From contig CAYGFL010000002.1 in the NCBI GenBank assembly GCA_964349165.1, positions 1 to 39,975 on the forward strand: DNA of 39,975 nucleotides. Direction: 5' to 3'. The notes below the pieces were generated by a model, which saw only the letters and a program-made list of their open reading frames with translations, had not been told where the DNA came from and ran no database searches. The DNA is from an uncultured Candidatus Saccharibacteria bacterium (GTDB taxonomy: Bacteria > Patescibacteriota > Minisyncoccia > Phycocordibacterales > PALSA-1337). Positions 35,619 through 39,975 of the stretch are shown here, piece by piece. The translations under genes and the position numbers were made by a program. The stretch's first letter is position 1; each line of letters starts with the position of its first letter.

Positions 35619-36758
35619 TTATTGTGTCTCCGATAGACGGCGCAATGCTATACCTATGGCCACAGCGAACTCTGGACCTGCTGTGTTTAGCTGTTCTGTC
35701 AGGAATGCTGGGGTCTCTAGCTTGGCAAAAGGATTCGCATACACTATCTCTGTCTGGAAACTTATCTTCGCTAGATCCACCAACCCCTTCAGAAGAACGC
35801 CTCCACCGGTCAATATTATTTTTGAAATGTTTTTATTATATTTCTTCTGATAGTTTAGTAGAGTCGCATTGGCTTCGTAGAATATATAGTCGAGATTGAC
35901 CGTGATTATCTCTGTGAGCTCCTTGAACTCTGGACCCCCTTTTAATCCATAGACTCTTTTCATATTTTCTGCTTCATTTATACCAATACTCAGAGCTTTC
36001 GACAGGGCGAGAGTGATGTCTTGTGAGCCTTTGTTGAGAATATGAGATGAACGCAAGATTCCTCTTTCTACTATATATAGTTTCGTAGCCTTTGCACCCA
36101 TATCGATGATCATCACAGCTTGTATACCCTGCTCGACAACAGCGCGTATCGAGCTGAAAAGCTCTATCTCGTAAAAAGAGGTTTTCACGAGTGCCTGATT
36201 CATTATGCTTTGATAATTATTTATATATTCATTCAATATCGCGACAATCAGAATATTCTGGTATTGAGTAGCTGGAACATTCGTCGTCGGAGCACCTTTT
36301 ATCGGAGCTTTTTCTTCATTTTCTTCATCGAGTTGCGAATCTTCTTTTGGTATGAGAGACCAGTCGAGCATGACTTCGTTCATTGGTACAGGTATATATT
36401 TGCGAGCTTCGAGAGAGATCATCTCTGCAAGTTGCTTCTCCTCTACTTGAGGTAGACTGACGAAAGATATGAGACTAGATGATAGAGGTAGAGCCACTCC
36501 CGCGTCTGTGGTTGTGGTTTTCGCTTCTTTGAGAATATCTTTTAGAGCTTCTGCGAGCTTTTCTGGAGTGAGACTTGTCGATCTACCGATCTCGATACCT
36601 GCATAGCGACCAAGGGAAAGTTCACCATAAGTCTCTAGCACGACTCTTCCGCGCTTTTTCTTTATCTGAACTATTTTTATCGCAGAAGAACCAATGTCTA
36701 TACCTAGGACACTCTGATCCTTCGATGAGAAAAAAGACACTAGTCCGCTTAGATTCAT
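35619..36758 (-). CDS. pilM: PilM, actin-like ATPase of the pilus alignment complex
   Basis: VLGIDIGSSAIKIVQIKKK.., IIDMGAKATKLYIV and ILTGGGVLLKGL (ASKHA fold motifs). Confidence 0.85.
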   Translation of the reverse strand: MNLSGLVSFFSSKDQSVLGIDIGSSAIKIVQIKKKRGRVVLETYGELSLGRYAGIEIGRSTSLTPEKLAEALKDILKEAKTTTTDAGVALPLSSSLISFVSLPQVEEKQLAEMISLEARKYIPVPMNEVMLDWSLIPKEDSQLDEENEEKAPIKGAPTTNVPATQYQNILIVAILNEYINNYQSIMNQALVKTSFYEIELFSSIRAVVEQGIQAVMIIDMGAKATKLYIVERGILRSSHILNKGSQDITLALSKALSIGINEAENMKRVYGLKGGPEFKELTEIITVNLDYIFYEANATLLNYQKKYNKNISKIILTGGGVLLKGLVDLAKISFQTEIVYANPFAKLETPAFLTEQLNTAGPEFAVAIGIALRRLSETQ

Positions 36759-36764
36759 TCATAT

Positions 36765-36782
36765 AGTATAGCATGCTAGAAT
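36765..36782. promoter_or_regulatory. Back-to-back divergent extended -10 promoters (pilM: TGCTATACT on the minus strand; comFC: TGCTAGAAT on the plus strand)
   Basis: The 37-bp intergenic region contains the 10-bp palindrome TAGCATGCTA, formed by the two TGC extensions. The -10 of pilM ends 6 nt before its ATG, and that of comFC ends 13 nt before its ATG. Confidence 0.4.
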
Positions 36783-36795
36783 ATCGCCACGCCAG

Positions 36796-37395
36796 ATGAA
36801 CAGACTTCTCACATCCATCTTAGACTTCCTTTTTCCTCCTACAAAAGAGGCTCTAGAACTTCGCACAATCGATACTACGAATATATTTGCGAAGTTACCA
36901 CCCGCATCTCACACTTCCTTGTTTGCATATCAGAATCCTCTGGTGAAAGAGTTGGTGTGGAGTATAAAATATAAAAAGGATAGGCACGCTCTGCGGTGTG
37001 GAGGTTATGCTCTATATACACGGATGAGAGAAATGGGATACGAAGGCACTTTGATACCGATTCCGATATCGAAAAAGAGGAGAAAGGAGCGTGGATACAA
37101 TCAATGTGAGTTGTTGATAGAGGAAATATTAAAATTGGATACAGAAAAAAAATTTTCTAAAAATTTTGATTTACTTATCAGGACAAAGCACACCGAGAGA
37201 CAGACTATGAAAAATAGAGAAGAAAGGTTGGAAGGTGCTCTGAATATATTTGGTGTGAAAATTACAATCCCTTTAGACTCACGCATAATCATCATAGACG
37301 ATGTCACTACTACAGGCAGTACTCTAAGAGAGGCAAAAAAGTCGCTAAATGAAGCTGGTTATATGCATGTAGAGACTCTAACGCTGGCTCATTAG
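36796..37395 (+). CDS. comFC: ComF-family phosphoribosyltransferase-fold competence protein (ComFC)
   Basis: RGYNQCELL and the PRTase motif RIIIIDDVTTTGSTLREA. Confidence 0.85.
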   Translation: MNRLLTSILDFLFPPTKEALELRTIDTTNIFAKLPPASHTSLFAYQNPLVKELVWSIKYKKDRHALRCGGYALYTRMREMGYEGTLIPIPISKKRRKERGYNQCELLIEEILKLDTEKKFSKNFDLLIRTKHTERQTMKNREERLEGALNIFGVKITIPLDSRIIIIDDVTTTGSTLREAKKSLNEAGYMHVETLTLAH

Positions 37396-37485
37396 ACAAT
37401 ATATTTGAAATGTGGACAAAAGTTCATAAGTCATGTTACTATATCACTGAGGAGTAAGACCTCTCGTCTTGGGGTACCGAATGGC

Positions 37486-37515
37486 GCCCCGTCAAAGCGA
37501 GGGGCTTTCTCATTT
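37486..37515 (+). terminator. Intrinsic terminator downstream of comFC
   Basis: GCCCC-GTCAAAGCGA-GGGGC followed by TTTCTCATTT. It shares its 5' arm with an alternative upstream hairpin, GGGGTACC-GAAT-GGCGCCCC. Confidence 0.55.
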
Positions 37516-38143
37516 ATGGAAAGAGTAATTTTTCATCAATTATCTTTTCCTTAATAATTTCATAGAACTCGTAGTCATCTCTTTCATATTTTCGAAAAAT
37601 AGCCCAAGATATGAAATCTACCGCTTGCAGTGATTTATTTTCATGCGAAGAGTGTAGTGCTACAGAAAATTCACCATCTCGACGACTTTTCATGGATGTT
37701 GTGAGATAGTCTATAAAATTTTCTCGCAACTTTTTCTTTGTATCCTTTCTGTCTATGTATACGTTAATAGGTTCGTTTACGCCGAGTAATTTCTGGGAAT
37801 GTAGACGTTCCAAGAGAATATTTGCTGTATAATTATACAAATAATTTTTCTGATTTTGTAGATCTATATATACTTTCTCTTTATTTAATACAACACACTG
37901 TATTTTCAAATCTGCTATCTCACTAATTTTTTTCAATACCCTTGTACGCGTATGGCTGTCTGCATGATATGCATGTAATTCACCCAAACTTTTATGTTTT
38001 GTCTTGAGATATTTCCATACCTTTTTAATGACCCGCTCTAGAGCTCTGGCATCAGAAATAATAGCAATTGTGATAACAAACCATCTACTGGATGATTTTT
38101 TAAAACCCAAGTCACCTGATTCATCTAAAAATACGTATATCAT
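37514..38143 (-). CDS. DUF3800 family protein
   Basis: MIYVFLDESGDLGF (DESG motif) and the C-terminal SHENKSLQAVDFISWAIF (LQxAD motif). The ATG at 38143 is preferred; the track extension to 38308 overlaps ung and is Ser-rich junk. Confidence 0.75.
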   Translation of the reverse strand: MIYVFLDESGDLGFKKSSSRWFVITIAIISDARALERVIKKVWKYLKTKHKSLGELHAYHADSHTRTRVLKKISEIADLKIQCVVLNKEKVYIDLQNQKNYLYNYTANILLERLHSQKLLGVNEPINVYIDRKDTKKKLRENFIDYLTTSMKSRRDGEFSVALHSSHENKSLQAVDFISWAIFRKYERDDYEFYEIIKEKIIDEKLLFP

Positions 38144-38177
38144 TCGCGGTATTCTATCACAATGATACAATAAGAGA

Positions 38178-38840
38178 ATGGTAAAGATAGAACCCTCTTG
38201 GAAAGTGGCGCTCGAAGAAGAATTCGGCAAGCTATATTTTGAAACTCTTTCGAAATTCGTGAAAGACGAATATATGTCAGGCAAAGTATACCCTCTGCCG
38301 AAAGACATTTTCCGCGCTTTCGAGCTCTGTCCATTCGATGACGTGAAAGTCGTGATCCTCGGTCAAGACCCGTATCATGGGATGAAACAGGCTAATGGTC
38401 TCTGTTTTGCAGTACACGGTGGAGTCGCGATCCCTCCTTCTCTTCAGAACATTTTCAAAGAAATCGAGAGCGATCTCGGTATGATCCCAGAGAAAAATGG
38501 CGATCTCTCTCGTTGGGCAGAACAAGGTGTACTCCTCTTAAATAGCACGCTCACTGTACGTTCTGCTAGTCCTGGTTCACATCAGAAAAAAGGTTGGGAG
38601 ATATTTACAGATGCGGTGATACAGAAGCTCTCATCTCAAAGAAAAAATATTGTCTTCATACTCTGGGGAAATTATGCGAAAAACAAGGGGTTGGTGATAG
38701 ATAGGGAAAAGCATCTGGTATTAGAATCCGCTCACCCATCCCCTTTTTCGGCATATAACGGATTCTTTGGTTGCAAGCATTTCAGCAAAACAAATGCATA
38801 TTTAAAGAAAAATGGATTGAAGGAGATGGACTGGAGGTAA
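38178..38840 (+). CDS. ung: Uracil-DNA glycosylase, family 1
   Basis: VVILGQDPYHG, GVLLLN and ESAHPSPFSAYNGFFG (HPSPLSA motif). Confidence 0.93.
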   Translation: MVKIEPSWKVALEEEFGKLYFETLSKFVKDEYMSGKVYPLPKDIFRAFELCPFDDVKVVILGQDPYHGMKQANGLCFAVHGGVAIPPSLQNIFKEIESDLGMIPEKNGDLSRWAEQGVLLLNSTLTVRSASPGSHQKKGWEIFTDAVIQKLSSQRKNIVFILWGNYAKNKGLVIDREKHLVLESAHPSPFSAYNGFFGCKHFSKTNAYLKKNGLKEMDWR

Positions 38841-38889
38841 TCACTTATACACACCCCCTTTACTTCTCTATCAATTTTTTTGTTACAAT

Positions 38890-39177
38890 ATGGTGTATAT
38901 GGATCCACAAGCTCAAGAGAAACATCATACATCTTTATTCATCATCCTCGGCATCTGTGTCATCGGTGGTCTATATTTCTGGTGGACACAGTACAGTGGA
39001 CAGCCAGAGACTCCTTCAGATTCACTAACAGAGCGTGTCACGTTAACTCCAGCAGAGAGAAAAGCGAAAGAAGAGTTCTATGCAGACCCTGCACTTAGCG
39101 AAAAAGTACAGCTGACACCAGCGGAAGCGGATGCGAAAAGGAAAGCGATGGAAGAATTATACAAAGTTAATCAATAA
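38890..39177 (+). CDS. Small membrane-anchored protein with a duplicated LTPAE-x-AK motif, hypothetical
   Basis: TM segment SLFIILGICVIGGLYFWW, then VTLTPAERKAKEEFY / VQLTPAEADAKRKAMEELY. The ATG at 38899 may be the true start, because the TGTTACAAT -10 box directly abuts 38890. Confidence 0.45.
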   Translation: MVYMDPQAQEKHHTSLFIILGICVIGGLYFWWTQYSGQPETPSDSLTERVTLTPAERKAKEEFYADPALSEKVQLTPAEADAKRKAMEELYKVNQ

Positions 39178-39188
39178 TTTATTTAAAA

Positions 39189-39950
39189 ATGAAAAGCAAT
39201 CTAAATTTGCTCCTCAAAAACCTTATATTCACAACAGCATTCTTTTTTGTAGGTGTGGCAGTCATCTATGCGGCGACAACATGGTCACCAGCTCCAGCTA
39301 CGGCTCCAAATCAAAATGTGGATGCGCCGATAAATGTGGGGGGTACAGCTCAAACAAGAGAAGGGCTCTTGAATTTAAAAGGTCAATTGAATGTTAATAC
39401 TGCTAGTCCAATACAAAACGCTGTCGGATTTACTACTTGGGGATTGAGTGTGTTCAATGGTCAAGTTCAAATACAAGGGGGGAGTCCTGGAATTGGAAGA
39501 GTTTTGACGTCTAGCGATTCAGTTGGTTCGGCATATTGGCAGGAATTGACGATTGGTACAAATCAAGCTATAGGTTCTACTCAAGGTACACATTACAATT
39601 ATGATACTTCAGGATGGAATGATGCATACGTATGGGGTAGTATAACCCCAACATCCAACTCATCAAAAATATTAATAAATGCCAGTGTGGTTGCATCTTC
39701 ACCTGAAAGTGGTAACAACTGTCGTCTTGGTCTTTTTAGAGATGATACGCAGCTAGTCGCACCTTTTGCGACTATAAAAACCACTCATGGTCAAGACGCA
39801 AGAACATCTTCTGTGACGTATGTTGATACTAATTCTGGTACATCAGCACGTACATATAAAATAAAAGCTAATGGTGTCTGTAGAGTTAATTCTTCATATA
39901 CTGGAACTGAGGGGGGTTCATCTACTATCACTGTAGTTGAATTCAAATAA
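39189..39950 (+). CDS. Secreted or surface protein with an N-terminal signal anchor, hypothetical
   Basis: IFTTAFFFVGVAVIYAATTW, then PAPATAPNQNVDAPINVGGTAQTREGLLNLKG. The rest is a Gly/Ser/Thr-rich, probably beta-rich domain. It has no pilin G-F-T-L-x-E motif. Confidence 0.5.
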   Translation: MKSNLNLLLKNLIFTTAFFFVGVAVIYAATTWSPAPATAPNQNVDAPINVGGTAQTREGLLNLKGQLNVNTASPIQNAVGFTTWGLSVFNGQVQIQGGSPGIGRVLTSSDSVGSAYWQELTIGTNQAIGSTQGTHYNYDTSGWNDAYVWGSITPTSNSSKILINASVVASSPESGNNCRLGLFRDDTQLVAPFATIKTTHGQDARTSSVTYVDTNSGTSARTYKIKANGVCRVNSSYTGTEGGSSTITVVEFK

Positions 39951-39975
39951 TTAATTATCCCTTATCAATTACTAC

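Noticed and set aside
37450-37515. tRNA-like or other known small RNA in the comFC/DUF3800 spacer
   Set aside because: No cloverleaf, T-loop (GTTCRA) or anticodon arm can be drawn. Only hairpins with an alternative terminator are present, so it is kept as an unclassified structured element rather than a named RNA gene.
38144-38308. N-terminal extension of the DUF3800 ORF (track 37514..38308)
   Set aside because: The extension overlaps the ung start on the opposite strand and is Ser-rich with no similarity to the family. DUF3800 proteins begin right at the M-x-Y/I-x-F-x-DESG motif found at 38143.

Overview
The window is AT-rich and densely packed, with many 1-20 nt gaps and ATGA/GTGA start-stop overlaps. 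It uses standard code 11, because TGA acts as a stop. There are almost no Shine-Dalgarno motifs. The gene content looks like a small-genome monoderm bacterium, possibly CPR/Patescibacteria (Parcubacteria-like), but that lineage call is inference only. Content from left to right: (1) 1-6254, a surface-glycan cluster with four GT4-type glycosyltransferases, a GtrA-like protein, an SDR epimerase/dehydratase and a short UDP-glucose-dehydrogenase-like enzyme. (2) 6276-8042, an orphan soluble TraD/VirD4-like P-loop ATPase with a Pro-rich tail, preceded by a roughly 350-nt GC-rich non-coding island at 8043-8405. (3) A DUF4015 glycoside hydrolase and rsmI. (4) 10530-17867, an unusual peptidoglycan-precursor region: ATP-grasp ligase, coupled NlpC/P60-like protein, mraY, an Arg/Leu-tRNA-protein-transferase-like gene, an Mpl-type Mur ligase, a LysW-like zinc-ribbon mini-ORF that is missing from the ORF track, a fold-type-II PLP enzyme, and murD. 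(5) radC, pyk, a DUF5671 membrane protein, tRNA-Ile(GAT), gatC and ligA. (6) 24109-36758, a complete secretin-less type IV pilus locus: pilM-N-O, pilB, a CheY-like receiver, pilT, pilC, two tandem major pilins, two further pilins, pilD, three minor pilins and a PilX-like protein. (7) comFC, DUF3800, ung and two small surface or secreted proteins. There is no CRISPR array, transposase, integrase or rRNA. My best candidate for something undescribed is the tRNA-transferase/ATP-grasp/C40/Mpl peptidoglycan tailoring or salvage module. Secondary candidates are the GC-rich RNA-like island, the pilin gene-conversion pair with DnaA-box-like operator repeats, and a structured element next to DUF3800.
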